Source: Savitreella phatthalungensis (lineage: Eukaryota). From it: a stretch of 64,000 bases of DNA. The translations under genes and the position numbers were made by a program. The notes under the pieces are model-generated. The model did not search any database. It was not told the DNA's origin and saw only the letters and a list, made by a program, of their open reading frames with translations. This document shows positions 1 through 10,438 of the stretch, piece by piece; the first letter of the stretch is position 1, and each line of letters starts with the position of its first letter. The stretch covers positions 310,001 to 374,000 of the forward strand of contig AP039702.1 of assembly GCA_051599415.1 (NCBI GenBank). The letters are read 5' to 3'.

Positions 1-1
1 T

Positions 2-1849
2 GCCCGCGAAAGGCTACGGCCAGTCAATTCTGCAGGCTTCGGCAGACTTGTCCGGCTTGTATACCCGGACGTTAAGACTCGTCGACTCGGAATCCGCGGC
101 GAGAGCAAGTATCATTACTGTGGCGTGCGGTGTAAGGGAGACAACACGGGCGAGCGCACCGCCAACCAGACATCTGTCAGGCAGAGCAAGAAATCTGCTC
201 TTGCCAATGGCTCAGGTACCTCCACAGGTGGAGGTGGAGACATGTTTGGCGGAGGTCTCATGAACACTAATTCGCTCATGCGCAATCTCCAGCGAGATAT
301 GCAGCAACAGAAGCCTAGTGCAGGTCTACCTGTCTCGAGCATGGACTTCAGCTCCTTCATCAGACCGACCACGAGACTCGTCTATCCAGGTCCAGAACTA
401 GCAGCCGAACTAGACGAGTCCATACCTTTCGAGCTCCCACAGATCTACGACTATCTGCCGGATGACGCAGATGCAGATGCTCAAGACGCCCTGGTGGCGA
501 GCTACTATATGCACTGTGTCAATCTGATCGAGGCGATTGCGTCGATGCGCGTCCGCCAATTTATGCAGCTCAACGCGACCTTCTACCACGGTCTGCCGCA
601 GGAGGTCCAGCAGCTCCTCGGAGCACCCTCCCTCGCCACCTGGATCCAGAAGGCCGACCTCCACACCTACCAACACATGACACGGATTCTGTCCCCGCTC
701 ACGACACAGGTCATTCCGCCAGAAGTCTTCGGTCTCCTGAAAAACCTATCCGTAACCTTACTCCCGAACATCCACCAGTCCGTGAGCGAGCACGCACCAC
801 ATCTCCTCCAGGCGAAACTCGTACCTGCCGGACAATTTGCAAGTCTACTTTCGCGAATGCTGCGGGTGAATGAGACTGCGCATGCGGCAGCGCGATTCCT
901 CACGAACCCTGCTGATCGAGAGCTGATGCGGATGGACTGGCTGCGGTACGTGGATCCGAAGCAGGTCGCCAATCGGGAACTCGCGTGCGGCGAGTCTGAA
1001 GTCGTCAATATTTTGAACGGCGTCCTTAACCTCCTCGGCCCCACGACCAAATCCGCCACGACCTTCTCCCGCGCCCCAGGCACCCCACACCATCCACCAA
1101 ACTCCCCAACCCCACAACTCTCACAACCCAACAAGTCACCATCCACAAACGGCATCGACATCACCCTTCACGAACCCGCACCGCCAACAACCCTCGACGC
1201 GGCCATGCACGCCGCTGACACGGGCCCAGAAGACGCAGTCGTCAGATCATCGTCATCATCCAGGCAGCCTGAGCACCTACCGCACGAGCCTGTCCTGGAC
1301 GCCTGGACGCGGTACCTGTCCACACTTCCGCACAAGTTTCCAGCGATCGAGCCCCGGTTATTCCTGCTGTGTATGGGAACCATCTCGTCCTCTGTGCTTC
1401 GGGAGATCACGGTGTCCGGGGGTGAAGGGTTTGGAGCGCTGTGGGTGGTGAGGTGCTGGGTGGATGAGCACATGCGGTGGCTCTGTGAAAGGGCTGGGTT
1501 CTTGCTAGAGCAGGTGTATGATACGTTTGACGACGACGATGAGGACGAAGACGACCTAGCATTCGATGGCAACAATATCGATCTAGATGATTTCCTCTAC
1601 GCCAAACTCACAGCAGATGCACTCCCACTCACACATACTCTCGGCCCGGAAGAGGAAGAAGAGGAGGTGGATGAGGACGACGATGATGATGATAGTGAGC
1701 ATCACAGGAGTCTAGAACACGTCTACACGGCTGGCGGAAGTGCGTTCCAGCCAGCACTAGCAGGTCTAGGAGGTCTAGAAACCCTAGCCGGCAACCGATC
1801 AAGCTCGTCCACAGCAGCAAATGGCTGGCTCAACTACCCAAGCTCCTAA
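2..1849 (+). CDS. RFX-family winged-helix transcription factor (Sak1/Rfx1-like), 5' end truncated by the window edge
   Basis: Frame from nt 2 reads [43 protein letters not shown], the C-terminal half of an RFX DNA-binding domain. It is in frame with ORF 125..1849, which has the fungal RFX C-terminal helical region. Confidence 0.9.
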   Translation, partial: ARERLRPVNSAGFGRLVRLVYPDVKTRRLGIRGESKYHYCGVRCKGDNTGERTANQTSVRQSKKSALANGSGTSTGGGGDMFGGGLMNTNSLMRNLQRDMQQQKPSAGLPVSSMDFSSFIRPTTRLVYPGPELAAELDESIPFELPQIYDYLPDDADADAQDALVASYYMHCVNLIEAIASMRVRQFMQLNATFYHGLPQEVQQLLGAPSLATWIQKADLHTYQHMTRILSPLTTQVIPPEVFGLLKNLSVTLLPNIHQSVSEHAPHLLQAKLVPAGQFASLLSRMLRVNETAHAAARFLTNPADRELMRMDWLRYVDPKQVANRELACGESEVVNILNGVLNLLGPTTKSATTFSRAPGTPHHPPNSPTPQLSQPNKSPSTNGIDITLHEPAPPTTLDAAMHAADTGPEDAVVRSSSSSRQPEHLPHEPVLDAWTRYLSTLPHKFPAIEPRLFLLCMGTISSSVLREITVSGGEGFGALWVVRCWVDEHMRWLCERAGFLLEQVYDTFDDDDEDEDDLAFDGNNIDLDDFLYAKLTADALPLTHTLGPEEEEEEVDEDDDDDDSEHHRSLEHVYTAGGSAFQPALAGLGGLETLAGNRSSSSTAANGWLNYPSS

Positions 1850-1935
1850 AGCTAGCTCAAGATGTGTTAGTGTAAGTTGACAGATATAACAATCTTGTTT
1901 ATGGACTTTCTACAGGTGCGCAATCCCAATCGAGT

Positions 1936-4900
1936 CTATGGGTCGCCGGTGGTGGTCATCAGGTCATAGATCTCGTCCGCTTCCTCAGGCGATACTGCCA
2001 TCTCTAGCAGATCTCTGGCGGTGTCGATGCAGGCGAGTGAGAGGCCTAGGGGTGGGTGTGGTTTGTGTTTTGTTGGAGGGACGGAGGCGGTATGGTTGAG
2101 GAGGTCGTTTACTTGGACGAATTGCGCGAAATCGAGTGGGAGATGAGCGAGGGCGGCATTGAACGCTACGCGTGCTTCCAGATCGCCTGCTGACCCACCG
2201 TCCTGGAAGTCCGGTGGGCGTAAGAGGGAGGTCCGTTCATCGTCACTCAGGGTAGACCCAGGGGGAAGCGCGCGCACGGCGGCGACGTAGGCAAGTGACT
2301 GCGCAGACATGATCTCGAGGCTGGTGTCCTGGCCATCGCCCGGCACAGCCGGCTCTTGGTCGTCCGTTGCATCCATGAAAGCTAGTCTCGCAAGCGACAC
2401 GATATGAGCTGCGCGACACTCGTTGTGGTTAAGCGATGGCGGGGCGGGTTCCGATAGCGTGATACCTTTCGGGATTATCTGGACGCCGGCACGAGGGGCA
2501 GCAGACCGCGGACGCACTCGACCACTCGCGAGCTCGAGCTGTCTCCGAGATCGTGGGTAGCCTGAGGACGCCAAATTGGCAGTTGCTGCTGCTGTTTGGT
2601 ATGCAGAGCGACCGCTCTCATTCGAATCCTGCCTCTGTTGCTGCGCCAGTTGGTACGCGATTGGTGCGTTTGATGTATGGGCCGCCCCATCAGCCGTCCT
2701 GCTCAATCCATTAGAGTCGGAGAAGCGAATTGGCAAAGGAGGCCCGAGGTAGGCTGGCTGTGTCTGTGGCGACCAGTGCGATGTCAAGATTGCGCCGTCG
2801 TCATCGCCTACCAAGAACGCGTATAGTCGCACAGCAAGCTCGAGCACGGTCGCGGCGCGAGGTCGCCGATCCTTTTGCCAGACAGCACGCTGAAGGATAC
2901 TCGGAATGGCTCGACTAGGCTTCGGGCCTTTGGATGTTGCCGCAGCGCGCGTGCTGTCTGATCGACCTTTATCCTGTACGGTCGTCGCCGCGCTATTTTC
3001 GTCGACATCTTCCGGAAGGAGCGTGAAGAAGGTCTGCGATCTGCGTAGTTCTTCGATATCGAGGTTGATACGCAGAATCAGATTTGTGATGCATGCCCGA
3101 TCCTTGGCGATGGCTTCCTTTGCAGTCGAGGACGAACGAGCGATGGCGTACAGACACTGGAGGGTATTGACGAAGAGTGCGTGTCGTTGCCACTCATTTT
3201 GAAATCCTTTACCGACGTCGGGCTCGATGTCAGCATCCTGAGAAAGCGGCCGATCGATAATGTGCTGAATCGGTCGCAATCTACGAGGTTTCGGATGAGG
3301 CTGCGGCACGTAGGTATCGTTTGGACGATGATGCTTCCGAATTGCTTGCGGCGAATCACTTCGGACCTCGAATGTCGGAGTGAGGAGAGGCGGGATCGTT
3401 AGTGACTGTGCGATCCAGCCCGGCAGGAACGGTTGCACAAATAGCAGCTTCTCGCTGCAGCTTGCGAGTGCGAGGCACCGGAGCAGCTTGGGTCGCAGCG
3501 CGATGAAGCGAGCATCCGTTAGAGCAACACAAAGGAAGCCAGCAGAGAGTTGCGAAACGGCAGCATGTTGTACGGAATCGTCAAGTTCGAGAGCTCCTTC
3601 ACACAGCCGGATGAACAAAGCAAGCACATCATCAGCGTACTTGTATGCCTTCCGATCCTCGCTCGCAGGCTCGTCTGCAGAGTCCCACAGAAGGTCTTGA
3701 AGAGCTCCTGGAATCGTCTGTGGCTGAAAGTCGGTTCTGGACAAGATTGCCGACACGAGCTGCGATGGCGCTGAATCAATGGCAGCATTGATGAGAATCA
3801 GGATTTCGCGCAAGGCCTCGCGACCGTGAGATTTGTTGTTCAGCTCTTCAGCTAGCAAGGCGCTGAAGGCCAGGACTAGCTGTTGCAGGAAATCGTCATC
3901 CTTCTCGGCGGAACTGGCACTGGCCAGAGCTGATGTGAGATCCTTTGTGCTTTGCCAGGACTTGTCCAATGCGAGAAATGAAATGCCGCGATCGACTTTC
4001 TGCGCAGTGACGATTGACGTACAGATCGCGAGTCTGTCGAGCTGGGTTGGCCTCGGTGTTGCGACCTTGTGTCCCGATAGCGGCTGTGGAGCTACATCCT
4101 GGATATCAAATTCTTGATACTGCGACATGTGTCTGACTCTGTTGGCTTGTGGTGTCTGAGGCGCAGAGCCAGTTCTGGGCTGAGCTCCGATGGTATCATC
4201 AGCAGCCGCCGCCACTGAGCGCGGGCTCGGCAGGTCACCGAGACCAAATTCATCGTCAAAGTCATCATCAGCGGCCTCATTGCGACCGAGCTTCCGGCGC
4301 TTGCGCACACGGCGAGATGTCAAGGACGGAGCTCCGTTGGTCGGCGTGCCTGAGGCGGTCTCGAGAGGTGGAAACTTATCGACCATGGGAGAAAGCGGCT
4401 GACGGACCGGTGAAACTCCGTCATGCATACGAGCGCCTATGCGGGATGGCGATTGAAATGGGACCGACATCACGTCCCTCCTCTCTTGCGCCGTGAACTT
4501 GAGCTGGGTCGTCAGGCGAGCGTTTTCATCCCGCAGAGCTTGAAGCTGACGCTCATAGTCATGCTTGACACGGTCACCGGCATTATGAGCACGATCAAGC
4601 TCCTCGCGATGTTGGACTTCTGCACGATTGGCTCTAGCTCGTAACGTTGCGATTTCTCCGTCTTTGCTTGCAAGTACCTGAGCATAGTTTGACTGGGAGG
4701 ACGCAGGAGCAGGCGCTGGCGCTGGCCTGTTTACCTGCTCATGGCGTGTATACTGCTGCTGTTGCTGCTGCTGCTGTTGCGGCAACGGCGGCTTCTGCTT
4801 GTCTCTCGTAGCATTGTGGCGGGACGCTGGCTGTCCAGCGACAGATCTCTGAGTGGCCCGCCAATGATCCTCATGAGCTTGCTGCTCAATAGCGTCGAGC

Positions 4901-4947
4901 TGGTCCAGGTCCCAGTCATCTTCGTCCTGATCGTCTCCAAAGTCCAT
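1936..4947 (-). CDS. ATR-interacting checkpoint protein, Rad26/UvsD/ATRIP-like
   Basis: Acidic N-terminus (DDWDLDQLDAIEQQA), coiled coil starting KDGEIATLR, helical C-terminal region ending ARDLLEMAVSPEEADEIY; resembles the fungal Rad26/UvsD architecture. Confidence 0.7.
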   Translation of the reverse strand: MDFGDDQDEDDWDLDQLDAIEQQAHEDHWRATQRSVAGQPASRHNATRDKQKPPLPQQQQQQQQQYTRHEQVNRPAPAPAPASSQSNYAQVLASKDGEIATLRARANRAEVQHREELDRAHNAGDRVKHDYERQLQALRDENARLTTQLKFTAQERRDVMSVPFQSPSRIGARMHDGVSPVRQPLSPMVDKFPPLETASGTPTNGAPSLTSRRVRKRRKLGRNEAADDDFDDEFGLGDLPSPRSVAAAADDTIGAQPRTGSAPQTPQANRVRHMSQYQEFDIQDVAPQPLSGHKVATPRPTQLDRLAICTSIVTAQKVDRGISFLALDKSWQSTKDLTSALASASSAEKDDDFLQQLVLAFSALLAEELNNKSHGREALREILILINAAIDSAPSQLVSAILSRTDFQPQTIPGALQDLLWDSADEPASEDRKAYKYADDVLALFIRLCEGALELDDSVQHAAVSQLSAGFLCVALTDARFIALRPKLLRCLALASCSEKLLFVQPFLPGWIAQSLTIPPLLTPTFEVRSDSPQAIRKHHRPNDTYVPQPHPKPRRLRPIQHIIDRPLSQDADIEPDVGKGFQNEWQRHALFVNTLQCLYAIARSSSTAKEAIAKDRACITNLILRINLDIEELRRSQTFFTLLPEDVDENSAATTVQDKGRSDSTRAAATSKGPKPSRAIPSILQRAVWQKDRRPRAATVLELAVRLYAFLVGDDDGAILTSHWSPQTQPAYLGPPLPIRFSDSNGLSRTADGAAHTSNAPIAYQLAQQQRQDSNESGRSAYQTAAATANLASSGYPRSRRQLELASGRVRPRSAAPRAGVQIIPKGITLSEPAPPSLNHNECRAAHIVSLARLAFMDATDDQEPAVPGDGQDTSLEIMSAQSLAYVAAVRALPPGSTLSDDERTSLLRPPDFQDGGSAGDLEARVAFNAALAHLPLDFAQFVQVNDLLNHTASVPPTKHKPHPPLGLSLACIDTARDLLEMAVSPEEADEIYDLMTTTGDP
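4755..4778. repeat. (CTG)n trinucleotide tract encoding polyQ in the Rad26-like protein
   Basis: tgctgctgttgctgctgctgctgttg on +, i.e. QQQQQQQQQQ on the - strand ORF. Confidence 0.85.
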
Positions 4948-5314
4948 CCATAGAGACCTGTCACCAACACAGTGATGCCCTCTGACTGTGGAAGTCTACA
5001 GCTACTCTGCTGTCGTTGTGTAATGTGTGTCGACGTCGACGCGTCTTTGACGTTCAGTCTTACGTGTCTGAACCTGCAGGTGTATGTTGATGAAATGAAT
5101 CTCGTTCGAGTTTGTGCTGACGTCAAAGTAGTTCAAATATTCTTTCATCGACCTGCACCGGGCATATCACAGCACCTTACAACAACAACGGATATCCTCG
5201 GCTTCAGCTTCAGTTCGAGCTTCGGCATTAGCTTCAGCATTCTCCAGTCTATATCAGTCTCTGGTGTACGCCTCTCTGTACAGATTCACGCACTCGAGTC
5301 AAGGAACAGACCTG

Positions 5315-5875
5315 ATGACTCTCTTTGTTGCTCGTAGACATACATGTCGACCTCTTCTGCAGGGCTCGCGGACGTTGTTCGGCTCATCTGCTCAGAGATT
5401 CAGTGTCAAGAAGGAGCTGCCATACTCTCAGAATGATCTGTATCAACTGATCTCTGACATTGACTCGTACGCGAAGTTTGTGCCGTTCTGCACAGGCTCG
5501 AACGTCACAAGAAGGGACGGAAAGGGAATGCCAGTCAAGGCTGACCTTCGCGTGGGTTACAAGAGCTTTGACGAGACGTTCACATCGGATGTTGTTTGTG
5601 CTCCTACTCGGAGTGTTCGTGCTAGTGCAAACAAGCACCCGCTGTTCGAGAAGCTAGTGACTGCTTGGCGATTGTCTGAAGCTGTAGAGGGCCAGAGCAC
5701 GGCAAGTCCATCGACACCATCGACACCGGCAAAGAGCACCGTCAGCCTCGACATCGAATATAAGTTTGCTAACCCGCTATATGATGCACTGTCGGGTGCC
5801 GTGCTACCTAAAGTCGCAGACCAGGTCATGCAGGCTTTCGAGAAGCACGCAAGGGAGACCTTGTCTCGAGCATGA
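5315..5875 (+). CDS. COQ10: Coenzyme Q-binding START-domain protein Coq10, mitochondrial
   Basis: LPYSQNDLYQLISDIDSYAKFVPFC, ADLRVGYKSFDETFTSDV, LFEKLVTAW, VMQAFEKHA; Arg-rich N-terminal presequence from ATG 5315. Confidence 0.9.
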   Translation: MTLFVARRHTCRPLLQGSRTLFGSSAQRFSVKKELPYSQNDLYQLISDIDSYAKFVPFCTGSNVTRRDGKGMPVKADLRVGYKSFDETFTSDVVCAPTRSVRASANKHPLFEKLVTAWRLSEAVEGQSTASPSTPSTPAKSTVSLDIEYKFANPLYDALSGAVLPKVADQVMQAFEKHARETLSRA

Positions 5876-5901
5876 TGCGAAAGATCGAAGACCACTACGG
5901 C

Positions 5902-7491
5902 TCAGAACTGTGCTGTGTACTCGTATGCTCGAGCGACCACATACTGCGCATCGATATACTGAGGCTCGGGGCCACCATCAAGTCTAGAGATACAGGGGAA
6001 ACCCAGTGGAACAATGGCGTCAATGTAATCGGCGACTCTGATAAGGGCGCCACGAATCAGATCGCCCCAGGGCATCCCGATCCCTCTGTCCTCATTCGCC
6101 ATCGTGACTGCTAACATCAGAGCAGCATGTCGAACGATCAACAAGGCAAGTTCTTTGTACGTTGTTGACTTCCCTGTGTCTGGATCGTCGCCGTGAGCAC
6201 TTGCAAATGCTTCGCATAATTGAGGCAGTAGCGATTCAAACTGGCTACATTGATGAATCGTCGAAGCAATTCGATCCTGCAGCACATACCGCGGGTCGAA
6301 ATCGGATATCATGCCTTCGGCAAGGTCCAGCAGGGCTCTCGCGATAAGATCCTGGAGAGGGTGCTCGATGACCTCGATTTCGCTGAACAGCTCGTAGTCA
6401 TTGAAGTCGATCTGGTGCCCGCGACCGGCCTTCAGAAGATCACGCCACCGATGCAGCACCAGACGACAGTCCTCCAGCCCTACACCAATCGTATCATTGG
6501 CCTTCGCGATCTGCCATCGACACAATTCACATGTGCAATCGAAATCCGCGTGCGCTTTTAGTGCAGCACGACGGTCTTCGACGCTTGCAAGGACATCGTA
6601 GCCGTATGAGACGGTTACTTCGTCGTTTTCTTCAATGGGGACATTTGCGTAGAAGAATTGTATTGGTCCGCGTGTGACCATGGTCGCGTTCGGGAGGCAG
6701 TCGTGGTTGAAGTCTGAAGCAAGTCCGCGAGCGTTGAATACATGGCCCATGACGCGCGTCGGTGTGAGCGGCTCGAACCCGATCCGATCATCCTCCGTTC
6801 TCGATCCATCGAGTGGATAGCGCGCTGTGTTAGAGCCGGCCCAGGGGATCTCCCAAGAGCATGTGTTGATGAGGCCGATGATGCGGGTTCGGAGATCAGT
6901 TCCGCGCTCGCGGGACCCTGACAATCGAAAGCCGTCGATGATTGATGTGTTGCCACCGAGCTGATACTTGATTGTGTACTCGACTTGTGCAACGAGCTCT
7001 GCGCGAGAAAGGTCCGTCATCCCACTAGCATCTCCGTCGTCCTCAGATAGCGCCGTATAGCTCGCCGACCAAAATTCAGAAGCTGTCGCATACATGAGCT
7101 CGCCCTTTAATACACGCCGAGTAGTCACGACACCGCGTAGCTTTGGCCGCTGCAAGATCGTTGTCACGACACCGTTCGTGAACGGTGCATGTTTCCATCC
7201 ATCTGCGAGATGATCTCGGGCGATTGATCTCGGGTAGTCGCCGGTGGCGTTTCTTTTACTGCTTCCATGCAGCAGTGCTCGACAGACATACTTTGAGAGC
7301 TTGAGCTCCAACAAGCAGACCTCAATCAGCCAGTGAAGATGAGAAGCACATGTATTTCTGTCAGGTACTAACTCGCCTGCGTCACGAATGTATGTAAGCT
7401 TAGCTTTGAGTGCACGCTGCACGTAGTTGTCGTTGTCTTTTGCCTCTTCCACTCGTCGTTTCTTCCTAGCAGGAATGATGGCATTCTTCAT
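5902..7491 (-). CDS. SET-domain (SMYD-like) protein-lysine methyltransferase
   Basis: RGVVTTRRVLKGEL, FNHDCLPNA, EVTVSYG, post-SET FDCTCELC; first ATG at 7491 (ORF track starts at TTG 7548). Confidence 0.8.
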   Translation of the reverse strand: MKNAIIPARKKRRVEEAKDNDNYVQRALKAKLTYIRDAGELVPDRNTCASHLHWLIEVCLLELKLSKYVCRALLHGSSKRNATGDYPRSIARDHLADGWKHAPFTNGVVTTILQRPKLRGVVTTRRVLKGELMYATASEFWSASYTALSEDDGDASGMTDLSRAELVAQVEYTIKYQLGGNTSIIDGFRLSGSRERGTDLRTRIIGLINTCSWEIPWAGSNTARYPLDGSRTEDDRIGFEPLTPTRVMGHVFNARGLASDFNHDCLPNATMVTRGPIQFFYANVPIEENDEVTVSYGYDVLASVEDRRAALKAHADFDCTCELCRWQIAKANDTIGVGLEDCRLVLHRWRDLLKAGRGHQIDFNDYELFSEIEVIEHPLQDLIARALLDLAEGMISDFDPRYVLQDRIASTIHQCSQFESLLPQLCEAFASAHGDDPDTGKSTTYKELALLIVRHAALMLAVTMANEDRGIGMPWGDLIRGALIRVADYIDAIVPLGFPCISRLDGGPEPQYIDAQYVVARAYEYTAQF

Positions 7492-8008
7492 CACGCACAA
7501 GGGATCTGAGCACGCCGAGCTGCGTAGAAGATCCCTGACCTGAATCAAAGCCTGAGTGCCACTGTCTATGAGTCAGGCATCCTACTGAACACGGAATGGC
7601 TGAAGGAGTGTAGCGAGGGTAGAGTGTCGTGTGTAGACTGGATGCTGAAGTGTGGTTGTTTCTGATCTAAATTTAGATCATGCACGTTCAGCAATCCGTA
7701 CGGGAAAAAAACACTCTTCTCTCTTCAGGAAAGAGGTCACAGAGATCAACAAGAAAGCACTCTACCAGAAGAACTTCACGGTCAAGGAGGATCTCGTATT
7801 CCGTAGCTCAGGATCGGTCACGCTCTACCACGCAGCCTTCACGCTTGCTCGACCCAACACAATCGACTTCACAATCGGCTAGACGACCTCACGCTCTATC
7901 CCAGCAGGAGAGTTGTTCCAACAAGCTCCAGTCACGCGTGCCTTCCACGCGAGTCTCACCCAGCTCATTTGCCGGCACAAGCGTCTTCTCAGTACGGGGC
8001 GTGTGGGC

Positions 8009-9325
8009 ATGAGCATCGAAGATAACCCCAACAGAGGTGCGACAAAGACTAAGACGCTCAGTCCTGCAGCAAGGGCGTTTGTGCCTGTAACAAGAGGGGA
8101 AGGTGACACCGGTCACAGCCAGGGTGAAAGCACGGGCAAGGAGATGCCCAAAGCAAATGGTCTGAGGGAGAAGAAAGGGATCAAGCGGTTGTCGAACGCA
8201 CAGAAGCTCAAGAGAGATCAGGCTCGTGCGGGGATGGGTGCAGATTCGAATGGGAGCGCACACCTAGGAAATCCAGCGTCGTCATCTTTCAAGCTCGATG
8301 GAAATGCTAGCAGCTATACATACCGTGGCGGCAAGTTCAGCAAAGCCAACCAGAAATCCGCACAGACCACCACGACTGGCACTGCTGCGGGTCGCAAACC
8401 GCAGGAGAAAGGTCAAGCGGAGACCAATCGGCGATCTCTGCAAGCTGCAACAAGTACGGCTGGTGAAGCTGCGGATGGGACACAAGCTGAGCACAAACAT
8501 GTGCTGCCTGTGCCGAAGCCTTCGCAAGAGTACCTTGCTGTCTGTCGAGAAGGCTTTGACCACCTTCCTGAGCGAGAGAAGAAGCTCCTGATCCTCGATC
8601 TGAACGGCACCCTCATCTACCGGTCCGGTCGTTACAACCAGAAGGATCGAGTTGCACATCTGCGTCCTGGTCTGTCTGAGTTCATGACCTGGGCATTGGA
8701 CCATGATTTCTGCGTGCTGATCTGGAGTTCCGCGACGCCGCACAGTGTGCGTGGGATGTGCAAGGTAGCATTCTCAGAGGATGTACGATCGCGATTGACG
8801 GGTGTGTGGGCTCGTGATACGCTTAATCTGACGCCAGAGCAGTACGGCAACAAGGTACAGACGTACAAGAACCTGCAGGTGGTGTGGGACGCGCCATCGG
8901 TGCGAGCGGTCAAAGCCTTCTCGCAGCGCGACACCGTCATCATCGATGACTCGAGGTCCAAAGTAGCTCAACATCCCTACAACCACATCTTCGTCCCGGA
9001 GTTTGACCGACACAGGCACGATGCAGGCAACGACGACGTCCTAGACCAAGTACAGCGATACCTCGAGCTCCTCTCCTGCGTCGACAACGTCTCGGCTTAC
9101 ATGAAGCAGTACCCGCTCGAAGTCGTAGACGAGGCTGCACCTGACCCTTCAATTAGGCCGGCGACCGAGGCCGCCGCCGATGACGACGACCATGAAGACT
9201 ATGATGACGACCACGAAGAAGACGACGAAATCGACTTGCCGGCCTCCAATCGCAGTGAAGCTGAAGGTGGACACGATTGCTCTCCAAATGACGTCGATGC
9301 AGCCCTATCTCCCACCCGGACTTGA
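8009..9325 (+). CDS. FCP1/NIF-like HAD-superfamily phosphatase
   Basis: KLLILDLNGTLI, LRPGLSEF, IWSSAT, TYKNL, TVIIDDS motifs; first ATG 8009, with the frame open upstream to 7883. Confidence 0.85.
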   Translation: MSIEDNPNRGATKTKTLSPAARAFVPVTRGEGDTGHSQGESTGKEMPKANGLREKKGIKRLSNAQKLKRDQARAGMGADSNGSAHLGNPASSSFKLDGNASSYTYRGGKFSKANQKSAQTTTTGTAAGRKPQEKGQAETNRRSLQAATSTAGEAADGTQAEHKHVLPVPKPSQEYLAVCREGFDHLPEREKKLLILDLNGTLIYRSGRYNQKDRVAHLRPGLSEFMTWALDHDFCVLIWSSATPHSVRGMCKVAFSEDVRSRLTGVWARDTLNLTPEQYGNKVQTYKNLQVVWDAPSVRAVKAFSQRDTVIIDDSRSKVAQHPYNHIFVPEFDRHRHDAGNDDVLDQVQRYLELLSCVDNVSAYMKQYPLEVVDEAAPDPSIRPATEAAADDDDHEDYDDDHEEDDEIDLPASNRSEAEGGHDCSPNDVDAALSPTRT

Positions 9326-9502
9326 ATGCTAAGATTTCAGCATGAACGCATGTCGACGTGAAGCAACAACGACCCGGCGCCCTCAATGAATGCTCACGTT
9401 CCCTTCTCTCTTAGTCGTGACTTTTGATCTTATGAAATTTTACGATGACTCTACATGCGCACCTCCATGCTAGCACGCCTTTGTGACGACTGACTCACTC
9501 AC

Positions 9503-10438
9503 TCACTCGTTGTGTGGGTATTCCGGGTCGACGACGGCTTCGACGACGGCTCTGATCCTGAAATCGCACGCTCCGAGTGCTCTGACGTTATGGCAGAAAG
9601 CGACCAATCCCCTCTTGCCCTGATCCTCGACGAGCTCGACGAGCGTCTCGTACAGCGTCTCCTCGTCGTTTGTGTGGAGCCAGACAATCAACGGGTCGAT
9701 GGTCTGTGTATCTGGGACACTGACTGTCAAAGTGCCTTCCAACATTCCCATCCCCAGCCGCCCACTCAGCCCCCACTGACCAACCCTATCGAGCTCCACC
9801 AGCTGAGACGTGACCACAAGACCGTGGACGGGGTAGTGTACCTCGCCGTCCCCACCATCGTGCATGATCAGGTCGTGCGTGCACAGGTGGGGTCGCATCC
9901 ACGAGCGGCCTAGGAGTGGGAGGATGTGCGGACTCCGGATATAGGATGCCGGTAGTGAGATTGCCGATCCAGAAACCCCCTCACGAGACACCAGCCCAAG
10001 TGAACTACCGGTCTCGGGATCAATCGTCACGCGCAACTCGTCCCAAGCACGCAGCGTACCGCTGTCAAAGTTCAAGATCGACAAGATTTCATGAGCGAAT
10101 GTCGAGATTGGACGGTCGATCTCAGTGTCTGCGATCGATTCAGGCGATGGTGGCGATTGGAGGTTGTGTGTGAGTGCGAGTGCGACCATCTTGGACGGTT
10201 GTGTCTGCGTTGGGATACTTTGACCTTTGTCGTTGTCTTCTGCGAGTGAGTAGTCTGTGATGGTGGACGCTGAGCTCAGGCGATGTGTTCGGCGATTGAA
10301 TCGATCGGGTGATTTGGAGAATACCTCGGTGGATGTGCCAGGTGATGAGTCCTGGTCTGCATCGACGGTGGCTGGAACAGGTCTCAAATAGTCATGCAAG
10401 TCTAAAGTCGAGTACCTGGTTGCTGCACTAGACAACAT
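9503..10438 (-). CDS. Putative Clp1 (clampless1)-like protein
   Basis: Ser-rich N-terminus, then LPASYIR, THDLI, YPVHGLVVTSQ, VSVPDTQTIDPLIVWLHTND, FCHNVRALGACD. Order and spacing recall the basidiomycete Clp1 family. The ORF itself is solid; the family call is tentative. Confidence 0.55.
   Translation of the reverse strand: MLSSAATRYSTLDLHDYLRPVPATVDADQDSSPGTSTEVFSKSPDRFNRRTHRLSSASTITDYSLAEDNDKGQSIPTQTQPSKMVALALTHNLQSPPSPESIADTEIDRPISTFAHEILSILNFDSGTLRAWDELRVTIDPETGSSLGLVSREGVSGSAISLPASYIRSPHILPLLGRSWMRPHLCTHDLIMHDGGDGEVHYPVHGLVVTSQLVELDRVGQWGLSGRLGMGMLEGTLTVSVPDTQTIDPLIVWLHTNDEETLYETLVELVEDQGKRGLVAFCHNVRALGACDFRIRAVVEAVVDPEYPHNE

Noticed and set aside
5088..5120. TGATGA...CTGA as a C/D snoRNA
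   Set aside because: Only ~33 nt from C box to D box, too short, and no recognisable rRNA guide.
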